Positions 39,848 through 53,570 of a DNA stretch of 64,000 nucleotides are shown in pieces. Within the stretch, counting starts at the first letter, position 1, and each line of letters starts with the position of its first letter. The notes below the pieces were generated by a model. That model was not told the origin of the DNA and made no database searches. It saw only the letters and a list, made by a program, of their open reading frames with translations. Position numbers and translations under genes: made by a program. Origin of the DNA: Azolla caroliniana. Taxonomy: Eukaryota; Plantae; Polypodiophyta. Where the stretch lies: positions 1,054,001 to 1,118,000 of the forward strand of contig JBHGNT010000017.1 in assembly GCA_043228905.1 (NCBI GenBank), written 5' to 3'.

Positions 39848-39882
<35 letters not shown>

Positions 39883-40229
39883 GCGAGTGAATGTGTGCGT
39901 TTGGATTAATTAATGTGATTGTGTATGTCTACGTTTATTGGGAGACCACGAGGGTAGTCTTTAGGACTTCACGGGGAAAGGAGTAGTTGGGGCTTGAGGG
40001 TATTATGGGAATGTAAAGTTCGTCCTTCTTCTATACATAGGTAAAGCTCTTTAGGGGTATGGTGTGAATTAAGTATGGGTGACTAAAGGGCAGATTGTTG
40101 TGAACCTAGGCCATGATAATTAGGGGTAAGGTTTAGTAGAGGTCGTTTCCCCCAGGGACAAGAATGTGTCTTCTTCAAGGGTGCATCTTGCAATCGACAA
40201 CAATTCAATTTAGTTCAGGAGGAGCCAAC

Positions 40230-40352
40230 AAAGTCAAACCATTTAAAAGAAACTGGAACTTAAAACCGGATTGAACCACAAAACCTTTCAAACCGTATTT
40301 CCAAGCTCAAACCAGACGGTTCGAGCAGCAGGTTTTTGCGGATCCAGTTTTT
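40230..40352. mobile_element. hAT-like MITE fragment (AAACC-rich) upstream of HY2
   Basis: aaaccattt, aaaaccggattgaacc, caaaccgt and caaaccagacggttcg cluster, similar to 31552-31690. Confidence 0.4.
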
Positions 40353-40679
40353 GGTGAGACAAAAGTGTTTGTGTTTAACATCACAATTCTCGGATAAGAG
40401 AGTTTTTTTCCGACCGAAAGTCTCGTATGCTTCTAAGCCAAGGAAAGGAGAAAACATTGGATCTCAAAAGGTTATAAGCTTACTATGTTAATTAATTAAT
40501 TAGTAGGCTATACATATATATATGTATATGACTCTAGAGCTATGCCATGAAATGCATCACGTGGCTCCCTTGCCCACAAAACGTTCCAAAACTATAAACA
40601 AAATTAGAAGAGACAAACAGACCCACATATCTGGGAAGAGTTCTGGTCGTGAGCTCAAATCTGGCCGATTCAACATATA

Positions 40680-42827
40680 ATGGTCTCTTGTTCTGCTGTT
40701 CTTCTCCCTCACTCTTTCTCAGGTTCAAGGTCATCCCTGCTCTGTAATAGCAGAATTAAGCTCTCTGAGAAGAAAGCTTCTTCTTGTACAAGCATCGCAA
40801 CTGCAATATCTGCTTCTGTTGAGCTGCCCCACCCGCACACTCCCCCTTCTCTATACCATGAATTCGTACAGTATTCTATCTCTGAAGTTGGAAAGCATGG
40901 GAATCTATTACCTTTCCCTATGGAGGTATTCGACCTTCTTTCTACTTTCTTTTATATATGCGTTTGCGTTTGCGTATGCATATGTTGTGTTGGTGTATGT
41001 GTATGCATATGTACCATTATATGTAATGTGTGTTTGTTGGTATACCTACTTGTTGAGCGTGTATTTGTATACGTATATATATCTGTAGTGGTATGGTACG
41101 AATATGTATATTAATTGTCTCCTAGGTAACTCACACACATATATGAATGTATGTACATATATACCTATGTATTGTGGGTAGCAAAAATTCGCCACAACAA
41201 CATAGATATAGGGATTTATGTCTATGTATTTCTATATGCTATTGTGGGTAGCTTAAATTTGCATATATATAGACAGACAGACAGATAGATAGATAGATAA
41301 CTATGCATGTATGATTGTGGAGACAAGTCACACTAGAGGCCTGTCATACATTTGTCTCTCCTACGAAATCATAAGATTTTCACTTCTACTTCTTTTACCT
41401 TGTACTTAGAAAGGTCTAAAGGAAGTTGTTGCAGATGATGGGAAGACAGTGTTATACAGCAATGCATTTGTGTCCTCAAAAATGCGTCTCTTTCGTGTCG
41501 CCAATATTAATGGTGGTGAGAATTTGCAGGTAATTTGCGTCATGTTATTTCCTTATTGATATGTAAAACCACCATAATAATCTCTTCAAAATATCGTCAT
41601 CTGGAAGCATAAATATTTGTTGATAATCTGTGCTCATGTTTTTTTATCTCTGCTTCCAGACATTAATTCTTCACCACATTTGCAGACAAGGCATATTTGT
41701 GTGTTGCATGTAATGTCCTTTTTTTTATAATGATTATGTGATGATTATCTTGAAGTAAGGTCACTAATTGTAATGTATCCCCTTGAATCCAAATATAAGG
41801 ATGTCAATGAGTTTGCACATCCTTCTACTAAGAGAAAACAAATTACACCCTGGAAACCATAAGGCATTCGTGCTTTTGGCAAAATCTAGAAAAGGTGTTT
41901 TGTAAAAATTCTGTTGGTGTTTTTTTAGATGTTGTAAAGTATACTTCTGTAGATGTTGCAATATTTGCTTGTTACCCTCAGTGTTAACTTTATGCTTTTC
42001 ATAAAAGATCACAAGGGGTTGAAGACACAGTTTAAAGGAGTTATTTCGTTTCCCGTTGAGCAAGATTATGAATAGAAAGGAAAAAATGGCTTCTTCTTAC
42101 TCACAAAAACACATCCTGATGTTGGGAATGTCTTTGTGTTTCAGGTTCTGAACATGGCAATATTTCCAAATCCAGAATATGATTTGCCGATATTTTGTGC
42201 TGACTTTTTCTCCACCAGTAGTAAACACATAATTGTGTTGTGAGTCCATTTTTCATTTAAGATGAATGAACTGTAATCCTATGTTTCCAGAAACCAATCA
42301 ATGTTAAAAATATCTTATTGTAACTGATTATCCTATCTCCTATATGACTTCTTTCACAAACCAGAGGAATTCTTCCACAACCCCATATATTCGTTTTTCT
42401 TATGCCTTCAATGAATTTAATGTAGTAAGAAAATGTAAAAAAGTTATTGTTTTTACTTGACCGACGAGACTGTCTTTTGCAGGGATCTAAATCCTCTATA
42501 TAATACTGAAAAAGACATAGCATATAAAGAGAAATATTACTCTGGCTTGATGCCTTTGGTAAACAAGTACATAGAGGTAATGCCTATATCATTTTCTATG
42601 GTGCCTATTCCCATCCTTTTTGCTGTTATGTTGAGCATCCAAATTTATCACTTTTTTGGTTTGTCATCTAATAGATCATCATTTTTTACTTTCTGCATGG
42701 GTTAATATATTACATTCCATTTCTCCCTTTCATAGTCTATAGACGAGGTAAGCATTTCATATTCAATCTTTTGTCGTGTCTTAAAGGCCTACTAGAGATT
42801 AATACATGTTCTATTTCTTTCTTCTCT

Positions 42828-42900
<73 letters not shown>

Positions 42901-44750
42901 AGTCCTATATGAAAGGGCAAAAGATGGAGAGACACACATTTCATTCACTAAAAGGGGGGAATTAGTAAAATTGCCTCATTCATCAAAATGATTGCAAGTG
43001 TTGGAAATGTCTATAAAGGGAACAAAACAAGACTAAATTATCTGGACTTTTCACTCGATTCTTATAGCATTCCTGCATAATTCCTTATTGTTTCACCCTT
43101 GCATGAAAAGGAAACTTGGCCGATTTGTAAAGGTTTTTTTTGCCATTGCATACTGGAGGCACAATAAGCTAAAAGTGATCATCTAAAAAGAAGGGAATTT
43201 AGCACATGTAAAGCATAATGTGGTGCACTGCCTCTTGGTCTAGAATGTAGTCATAAATTAACCTTCAGAAATCAATAAAAAAGGGATGTAATAATACACT
43301 TAATAATTCCCTAATGTTAAAAAAAAAATTAAAAAAATTAAAAAATATGGACACAATCTAATTTGTAATACATCTCGTCTTAATAATGGGCGCTACTAAA
43401 AGAAGGAACGTGTTGATCCCAAAAATGGATATTTGTGTAAGTATAGGTACTTCCTTGGGGCCAGAAGCTTACGACAGAGTCTTTGCAATTTTTCTCTCCC
43501 CTTGTCATATGGACGAAGCTTGAATCAAGATGTGATATACGTGAGAAACTTTTCCCAGCTTTTAAAGATTATCTCCAGGTATTTTAGTATACATGTTGAA
43601 AGAACAATTTATGATAATACATGCAAAGAGCCATGCATAACCACTGTATTTTAGAACAATAAATTCTAGGAAGGGATCAAGATTAACACATGGAACGTAG
43701 AGGATCTGATTATATTTAACTAGGACTATTATGAAGTTAAATCTCCCTCATTAAAATCACATATATGCTTTAATTTGTGAAGAATAGAAAGGTCAACATT
43801 CTTATTTAGGAAAAAAGGGAGAAATCTCTAAAACTCCATGAAAAGCAAGATTGTTTTAGAGAAAGTTACTACTAGCCATATAATCTGTTAGCATGTTTTC
43901 TTATAGAATGTAGAAATCCTATATAACTCTCGCTAAATTAGATAAACAATAGTCCAAACCATTGTTCAAATCTACCTGAGCTAAGATAAATGTGTGCTTG
44001 TTGTCTCTTTTGTTTGCCAGGAATGGTTGAAACTTATGGATAATGCCAAGGGCACATTGGACCCTGAAGAAATTGTTAGGAACCGTCGGGCGCAACATCG
44101 CTATCTACTTTGGCGTGCAACAAAGGTCACCTATGTGAATTGCAATTTTTTCTGATGTTTCTTTGGAATAGAAAATCAAATACTTAAAAAAGAAACTCTT
44201 CACTATGACAAATAGGATCCTGGTCGTCCGCTTCTGCACAAGCTATTTGGAGAAGATTGGTGTGAGGTAAAGTGTGCTAATATAACTTTGTATATGTGAA
44301 CTATTGCGGAAAAAGAAAACTTTATAAAGTAGGACGCCGTTGGTAGTATATCTGTTTCGTAACTTCATTTAATGATGAGCCAAAATGAGACTGCTTTCAT
44401 AATATTCTGTGATAAAAGACTTTTGAAATCTTTTGAGTCTTCATTCAAAGATATAAACCAATGCGATAACAAAATAAAGAATCTTTAAATTCCTTGACAT
44501 TCATTCATTGTTCATTGGTTTCAGTGCTTTTTTATATGTTTTTTCTGAACTATTTGAGGGATTTTGCCAGACATATATAAAAGAGTTTCTGTTCAACGGC
44601 ATGACAAATTTGGGGAAAGAGAGCTTCTTGGATTACTTTCCGGAGTACAGGTCTGCTGATGGAGGAATTGATAGGAAACGTAGCATAATCGGAAAATCAT
44701 GCATGTCCCGTCCATGGGATAAGCATGGCAATTTTGTCTCTGAAGGATAA
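40680..44750 (+). CDS. HY2: Ferredoxin-dependent bilin reductase of the HY2 (phytochromobilin synthase) lineage, plastid-targeted, 8 exons: 40680-40925, 41410-41529, 42145-42239, 42483-42576, 43447-43578, 44021-44125, 44216-44266, 44571-44750
   Basis: Ser-rich transit-peptide-like start. Spliced motifs PEYDLPIFCADFF, IVLDLNPL, LPWGQKLTTESLQFFSPLVIWT, AQHRYLLWRATKDPG, FLFNG, FLDYFPEY and KRSIIGKS..SRPWD match the recalled HY2 pattern. All joins are GT-AG and in phase. Confidence 0.93.
42830..42897. repeat. (CA)n microsatellite in HY2 intron 4
   Basis: Uninterrupted CA run of about 33 units. Confidence 0.95.
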
Positions 44751-45755
44751 TGCCTTCTCTAAGTTTTTGTAAAAATACATGCTGCTGTTTATAGTATATA
44801 CTATTAACTGTATTAGAGAAGAAAGATTTGTTTTGACTTGTCTTTTTTTTCCTCTCTATGAAGAGAAATTCACTCGAAAAAGTTTTATGAAGAGTAATTT
44901 ATGTTGATAGTTTATAAGCCTGTTGTGTCAGAATTTGTATGGAATGAAATGTAATTTATGTTGATAGCTCTAAAAACCTATCATGACCGGATTTGTATAC
45001 TTCTTTGGATAATGTTTTCGTTCTCTCTATACATGAAGGTTTGAAGCAGTTTTTAGAACATCAAGACTTTATGCAATGCTTTTCATTCAGCAAGACTATG
45101 ATGTCAAGATTGTAGTGTTTGCTTGCACCAGTGCTACCACATGGTTATGATACAGTGTTCAAATAAGGGCAGTTGCAAAGGAATTCTGCTTACAAAAACT
45201 TCAAATTCTGAAAAAATGTATTCTGATTTCTATGATTTTATGATTTTATCTTCGCATATATAATGTGTCACAATCATGTTGAGGTATTGATGTCATTTTA
45301 GGGGCAGTTTTGAATGGATAATCTGATGGTTGCAGGGTGTCTTTATTATTGCACCATTATTTTTCTATCGTCGCAGAGTAGTGTAATGCTGCAAATCAAT
45401 GTAGGCCATAATTTAATTGATTCGAGTGAACCTGGGGAATGGTCCAATGATACCATTTGCGTTGGGTGGCAATGACTTCACATTTTATTCTCTGTTGCTC
45501 AAACAATATCATAAAAATCAGGTTGGCATAGTCTTCATGTGGACATTGGCAATGCAGTTGTTACCATGTGAAGATCTATTTCTGACATATCATAGAGTTA
45601 GAAGTCAAGCTGTTAATGTCTAAATTCTCTTCCACAGGTATGTGAATGTGGTGTGTTTCACAGCATGCTTTACCATGTAATGTTGCATTAAAATTGTTTG
45701 GGTTGCCCATGAAGCCTACCGACCATCCAATGCAAAAACTCTTTAAGTTTTGAAA

Positions 45756-45818
45756 GAGCGTAAATAGCCTGCTGGTGATCAGCGCAGTCAAATGTCGTGG
45801 GTTCGAATCCTTGCTCCA
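45756..45818 (+). other. tRNA-like remnant or Pol III A/B-box element (not a complete tRNA)
   Basis: A-box-like TAGCCTGCTGG at 45765-45775 and GTCGTG-GGTTCGAATCC with a perfect B-box at 45800-45810. There is no room for a full anticodon arm and the T-stem pairs poorly. Confidence 0.4.
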
Positions 45819-45870
45819 AATACTCTCATTCGCTTCACTAGTAAATTTCTCCCTTCCCCTCATTCTTTCC

Positions 45871-48638
45871 ATGGCGATGGCGTGCTCAAGCTTCATGTTT
45901 AGAGAAGTTTCTCTTCTTCTTCTTCTTCTTCTTCTTCTTCTTCTGCGTAAGTACTCTCTTCTTCTTCAGGTCTTTCATTTAGTTCTTATTTATGCTTATA
46001 AAGGGATCTCTCCCTCTCTCTCATCCATTTCTTGCCGGCAAGAGACATTAGCACTTCTTTCTTCCTCCCATTCTGAATTTTTCCTGCAACAGAAGTCGAT
46101 ACAACTTTCTCCCTCTCTTTCTCTCTTCCTGAATTTTGCTTCTTATCAGACGTTAATACAACTCCCTTTCTTTCTCTCTCCGTGCAGTGTCACATATAGC
46201 TTCAGTATATTGTGAAAGAGAAAGAACTCTGGCTATGGTGAAGCCTGATGGAGTGAGATCAAATTATACTGACTCCATCAAGGCCATTATACTCTCTTCT
46301 GGCTTCTTCATCTCACGGGAGAAAACCTTGCATTTGGATGTCAAGACTGCAGAATCATTCTATTCAGAACATATCAACAAGCCATTCTTTCAAGATCTTA
46401 TCGGATTCATGACAAGGTAAGATTACTTATCCTTTAAATTCACATCTATTATTTGGTGACCTAATTTGTATTCCCTTCATATCGAGTAATAGAGTTGCAT
46501 AGGTATTGGTACATGTATATGTGAATGTGTATGCGAATGCGTATGCGTATGTGTATGTAATCTTTCGGTATTCTCTACAGAGTTACATATACATAGGTAT
46601 TGGTACATGTATATGCGAATGTGTATGCATATGAGAATGTAATTTTTCGGTATTCTCTTTTGCATTTTCTGTCTAAATAGTGCTATAGATCGCCAGATGT
46701 TTTATATATGAATAGAATATTTGTGCTTCAAGTTAAAATCACTTTTGGTCATCAATATTGAGTTTAAACTATACACATCACCAGAAGAATTGCTTGGAGA
46801 AGAAAATATTTGTTTTTGTCATAACATTCAGTTCAAGAAATATGTGGCCAGAAGAAAAGATTCATATGATAAAGTTTTGTCACAATATTCAGTTTACAAA
46901 ATTCATTTGTCTGTTCTCGTCACAGTGTTCACTTTAAGTTATATGCACTGCATGTAGAAGCTGTTGTAGAAAAGATTCATATGGTATAACATGAAAGACA
47001 TTGCCCTGAAGATGTGGCCATATTTTCTTAATATGCTATCTGTTTTATGTGCCTATATGTTGTGCATCCATTTGTGGTGGAAAATTATTATGTGTTGCCC
47101 TTTGCTTCTCACAGTTTACAAAGTTAATGATCACATACCAAAGATATCGATACTTTCTTGATGATGATAGCATTGTGACCAGTGTATATTATTTTCACAA
47201 TTTCCAAGGTTATGATTATGTTCTGAATATATCTATCCTTATCGTTAATGACATTATGATTGATCTAATATATGTGATCATGACAATTTCCAAACTTAAT
47301 AGTCATGCTGCTAAGATATTCATTCTTTTCTTAATGATGATGGCATTTTGGTTGATGCAAAAGTGTATGCTTGTCATAATTTCCCAGGTTATGGTCATGC
47401 ACCAAATGTATCCTGTCTTTCATGATGCTGGTTGTGACAATTGGATGATTGTATTGTAACGGAGTCAATTAGGCTGCAGATAGGGTCATTAGGTCATGGA
47501 TTGTGCGGCTGGTCACAATTTGTATAGATATGGTTTCCTCACAACCTAGGGTTTACTGGTGCACGGCTTTAAATCAGGCATCATATATAGACACTTATTC
47601 GTACTAGTTTTAGGGTTTGAGTTGTTTGTTCAGAGTGCAATTAGGGGACATAGGATACACTCTAGGTACGAGAAGGAAGATTAAGATTTAAGAGAGAAAT
47701 AAAAGTCTTTCCATTGTTTTGGAAACATAATAATAATAATAATTATTATTAATATTAACATAAAAAGGAAGCTAGAAGTAGAGATATACAGACAAAGCTT
47801 TAAGACAAAAATTATAATGTATTGATCATGTGATCCTAAAGAGCGAAATTGAATTGATTCATACATTATTTCACCAAATGTCCCTGAGTGTTCATTGATC
47901 CCCAATGCCCTCGGTTATTTCCACAAATGCTCCTGAGTTTGTTGCAACGTGAAAATCTGAAATGTTTGGATGATAGTGATTTGATTGTGGCCATGATACT
48001 TGAACATGAGGATGCGGTAGCGAAATGGCGATCATTAATTGGCTCCACTGATCCTGTGAGGGCACAGAAGGAATATCCAAATAGGTATTATGGTTGTAGC
48101 TCTATTTTTCTTGGGTAAAAGTCCTAATATTTTATCAAAGGCAAGTGTTTGAATTGGAAAACGTTTTACTGAATATGCAGTATAAGAGCCATGTTTGGAT
48201 CTAGTACGACACAGAATTGTGTTCATGGATCTGATTCTCCAGAGTCCGCTGAACGAGAGATTGGAATTTTGTTCAAGGATATCGGGAAAGGTGAGCAGAA
48301 TTTTGTTGTGTCGAATAAAGAGAAAAAATTAGTTGCCCAGTGTATGTAAGTTTCCGTGATTTCCTGAATGCCCCTTGTTTCTCTCGTTTAGCTAGCCACA
48401 AGTCAGTCTATTTAGATAATGAGGAAAATTACTGGTCAGTGTATCTTTTAAACGGATACATGAATTCCGATAAGGAAATTAGATTGGCAATGTGAGATCT
48501 GTGTGTTAACACAATACTACCGGTAACCACGTGTGCATGTAGAGTTGTACAAAATTCCCTTTTGCTCTTATGTGTGACTAATTGAAAGTAGTCACTGTTA
48601 ATATAGATGAGCATTCAGCAGATCATGAAGAATTGTAG
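45871..48638 (+). CDS. Nucleoside diphosphate kinase, secretory/ER type (NDPK5/type IV-like), 5 exons: 45871-45946, 46188-46416, 47977-48084, 48181-48290, 48607-48638
   Basis: Poly-Leu signal-peptide-like exon 1, then [38 protein letters not shown] and catalytic NCVHGSDS. The last exon gives [10 protein letters not shown]. Confidence 0.88.
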
Positions 48639-49275
48639 CTAGTTTATTACTATGAAGTTTTTGGGGATCTGGCTGATAATCCGCTCCTGTACAACAAGGT
48701 TGAAGAGGAAACACCACATTTATCCAACAAAGCATCAGTTAGGAACCAAACACAGTTAGCTCAACTATTTTGATTACTGTAAAAAGATGATTGATTTTAC
48801 TTTTCAGTGGCCAGGATATAAAAATCAACAGGGCTTTACCTACATCACAAGCCCAGGATATCTTTGTCAATATATTTAATTTCCATTATCAAAGTATGTG
48901 GACATCAGAAAAATTACTCATGGAATGGCAACTGTTTGGTTTGGCGTTTCCTATATAGTATATACTATCAATTTAAAAGAATATGCATGCCAATTGGATT
49001 GTATAGGTTTTGACATTTGAAGATTAGCAATCGGAGGCATTTGATGCCCATGTATATGTTGTATCCATAGGAAATTTCCTTCACGTGCAAATTGTAATGA
49101 AATTTCATCTGCACATATTAGTTATGAACAACCAACCTTCTTATATTCAAAGCACGAATGAAACTCTGAATTACAGGCTTTCTTAGGAGATACTTTTAGA
49201 GTACCAAAGATACAATATACTCTAAGTACATGAATATAATACACAATGACAGTATCTACTGACGGATACTTCATC

Positions 49276-49390
49276 TTTGTTTTACAATACGGTTAATTTT
49301 TCCACTTACACTCAATAAGTTGCAACAAGACATTTGTTTTTGAATACGATTAATTATTCCACTTACACTCAATAAGTTGCAACAAAACAT
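49276..49390. repeat. 57-bp tandem duplication between the convergent NDPK and H3.3 3' ends
   Basis: aatacg.ttaatt.ttccacttacactcaataagttgcaacaa.acat occurs twice with period 57. Confidence 0.85.
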
Positions 49391-50101
49391 CACGCTTGTA
49401 CCTTTGTTTCTTTCAAAGGTATAACTTTTTCCATCCATCTGTTCAGAATGTAGAGGCCTCCAGTTCGTATAATTGTGATGTGATAAACATTGTTGGGAGC
49501 AGAAGAATGAGAAACAGTAACAGTCAGGAAGAATAATCACAATGCTGTTCTATCCCAAATGCTTCCATTACAGCCATCACAAATGGCCCCATTACAACCA
49601 TCCAATTCATATAATCATGATGTGATAAACTTTGTTAGGAGCAGAAATTTGTGAAACAGACATCCATCAACATTATATCTCAAATGCTTTTATCAAACCC
49701 ATTATTAACGATAAGCAAGTATAATCATACTGCTATTTTATCTCGAATGCTTCCATTATCGCCATACCAACTTAACAAACCAATTACCCTACCAGGCTGT
49801 GACAGAAAACAATACTTTTGTGCTAGTAATCCATAGATTGAATCAAATAGTCAACATTAGTACTATATTTAGATTTCAGTCATACAATCCAAAAATTGGT
49901 CCTTAGGTAGAACCAAGTTAAATGTGAGAAGGATTCACATAATCTACTGTTAAAATTGGATTATACTCTCCAACACAGGAGACATATCAACAGAACACGA
50001 AATAAAGATATTCTAGTATCTTCATTGAGAGATTTCAGTTTTGACTCTTCTGTACATAACCAAAACACTACAACAAATTAAGATAACACAAATACGTTTA
50101 T

Positions 50102-50919
<818 letters not shown>

Positions 50920-51166
50920 TTATGCAGAGATCACGAAAAACGGAAGAGAACAGGAGATAAAAGTCTGTTATGAAAAAGGTATTGAACAAATTAGTTCATG
51001 GATGTGAAACGAATCGAAAAACGAATGATAAAGACACAAATCTAAGGAAACACAACTAGAGAGAGAGAGAGAGAGAGAGGGAGATCATCATATGATTTAT
51101 ATCGCTGAATCAGAAAACGCACGGTAGGAAACACGCATTGGAGATGATAAACACACACACACACAC

Positions 51167-51204
<38 letters not shown>

Positions 51205-51413
51205 CAAATAAGTGTTATTGATTGCACAAAGGAATCGTGAGGGAATTTGAGAGAGTTGGAGAATCCTAAGATGTGTGATTCAGGCCGACTGACTTAACAA
51301 AGAAACCCAAGATATAAAAGAATGTTTCAGCAGTCAAACAGAATTGTCTCTTTGCAGGTCGGACAGAGAGACACAGAGAGACAACAAACAAATAAAAATA
51401 CATACATACATAC

Positions 51414-51417
<4 letters not shown>

Positions 51418-51494
<77 letters not shown>
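51418..51494. repeat. (GA)n microsatellite in the H3.3 5' leader/intron region
   Basis: Uninterrupted GA run of about 38 units. Confidence 0.95.
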
Positions 51495-51496
<2 letters not shown>

Positions 51497-51640
51497 ACTG
51501 TGAATGAGCTCCTTGAGAAGAAGAATTCAAGAACGAAACGGCAGCAGGGAAACGGGCGTTTCGGGAGGAGCATACCTTGGAGATGTGAAGCAGAGGAGGC
51601 AGAGCGAATGAAAGCGAAGAATTGCGAAGTCGGGGTATCA

Positions 51641-51810
51641 CTTTATTTATATAGGTAATGACAGATGTCCGGAACCGTTAGATCAGAACCTCGATCCTCG
51701 AGATCTACGGCTGATACAATCCCATGTATAAGAGCCGTGCGATCATCTGACATCTACGGCTCTACGCAGCCTAAACAAACACAAAATCCGCATCCTCGCT
51801 TCTGATTGGC
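51641..51810 (-). promoter_or_regulatory. Putative H3.3 core promoter
   Basis: TATATAAATA on the minus strand at about 51644-51653. Four ATC(N1-3)ACGG-type elements (51674, 51702, 51733, 51752) resemble the plant histone nonamer CATCCAACG. CCAAT on the minus strand near 51805. Confidence 0.55.
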
Positions 51811-52429
51811 CAGGTAAAACAAAAAAACAAAAAAGCAACGAAGCCACGAAAAACGAGAATAAGGAGACTCTCATTCTTCTGATTTTTGTTTGCGTTTGAG
51901 CGCTTTGTTTGGCTCCTTTTGTTGTGGAGAGCTCTTGTAAGTTGTGGAAACAGCATCCAATTCTCTCTTTTGGCACCATCATAATGAATTCCTACCCAAT
52001 TCACGTGTACATCCTTCTGACTTTGTCCACAAACATGCCTAAATGGCTTCCAAGTTTCAGCAGAAAAACCTCGCATATTATCACTATTTTTGGGGTCGAA
52101 GCTAATTCGTACATGATTAGTGTGTATATAAAACCATTGTAAGTTGTAGAGGTGAGAGGAATGGATTGGAAACAAGAGAAGTATGCAAAACAACAAATCA
52201 TCAGTGGAGCAGTATTTGATGATACAAGTATATGTCAATGAATTAGTGCCCCATGTTTGACATTCATCCACTCGAGAAGATGCATGGATGGTTCATGCAT
52301 CCTTATTTACAATGTAAAAAAGGGGGGTTGTCCCTTTTTTTTTCAAAACAAAATATTCTTCCATTAGTTTTCAAAAAGGCATATCAACTACAACCTACAA
52401 AATAGATGGAAAGGAAGTGACTATCCTTC

Positions 52430-52797
52430 CCAAGCCCATCTTGTGTAAGACAATGTCTAGCCATGGATCCTTTGTTATCCATCTGAAAATCCAATTTCAT
52501 TTCAGAATGTACTACCAATTATCCCATGTTGCCACTTGCTTTCAACATATCAGAAAATGTCATCATATTAGGTAAGAGACCTTGCACAAGCATTTGAGGA
52601 TAGAATTGTGTAGCCTCCTTGTTCTTATCATGCTCAATGTAGCCCAATAACATGGTAGTCCATTGTACCATATCTCCAACCAGCAATAATTCGTCAAAAA
52701 GCTCTTCAACTTCAATTATTGCTCCATATTTATGATTACCCCTTGTTGATCCAAAGTCTTCATAATCCACCCATGGTGGTTGTGGCAACCCACACAA
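52430..52797 (-). pseudogene. Degenerate PPR (PLS) gene fragment
   Basis: KYGAIIEVEELFDELL..DMVQWTTMLLGYIEH..NKEATQFYPQMLVQGLLPNMMTFSDMLKASG is an eroded S-P-L motif set with no long ORF. Confidence 0.7.
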
Positions 52798-53449
52798 CTT
52801 GGCAAGTCTATCCTTTCACTCTGGTGTTAGTACCCTCCAATTGTTTTCATGTTTCAGATGATTGTGTTTGTATTCAAATTGTTATGATAATTGCCTTCAG
52901 TTGAGTGGCCGATCTTTTGAATTGTAGTTGGCATGCTTAATGACATAAGTTTCAAGCTTCCCATTGGTTGTTATCAACGAAGATGAACTTGTCAAATGTT
53001 TGGTGTTATTGGCTTTCAATTTGAGCATGTTTACATTTGTTTGTGTTGTTTGCTTCCATGTGATTGATTTCAATACTTTGCTAGTACAAAGAGTCAAATA
53101 CTTTTCATTTTCCTTTTCAACAAAATTTCCTTCAAAGACAAAATTTTATCAATTGTGAAAGATTGTGTATTCTAATTAGGTATTTCTTAAAGATACGGAG
53201 GTTGTTGAAAATACTTTGCTAGACTACTTCTTCAAGACGGGACGCATTGTGAACTTCACAATAAGTAAACATGATGAATGATGTGAGCATTAAGACATTT
53301 GTAAAACCAATTTGTTTGATTTCAATGGTATTGGATCACACACCAAATTTGTCTATAGCCTAAATACTTAAAATAATACTCAATAAACCCATGTTATTTC
53401 AAATGATTCCATGGTATGCTTCATGAGGATTCACAATCAATAAAATCAT

Positions 53450-53570
53450 TAGGCATCTGCAACGGTTCGGTTTCGGCTAAACTGGATTGGCCTTGTCCAA
53501 ACCAAATAGGACAAGCCTTTATTGGTTTGGAGGTTTTCAAACTTGAGATGAGCTGGTTTGCCACTTTGAG
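53450..53570. mobile_element. hAT-like MITE terminus fragment
   Basis: TAGGCATCTGCAACGGTTCGGTTTCGG start followed by aaaccaaa/ggtttg motifs, in the same style as 31552-31690. Confidence 0.45.

Noticed and set aside
43224-43236. TGCACTGCCTCTT, matching part of miR408
   Set aside because: Only 13 nt match, the 3' part diverges and I see no foldback partner.
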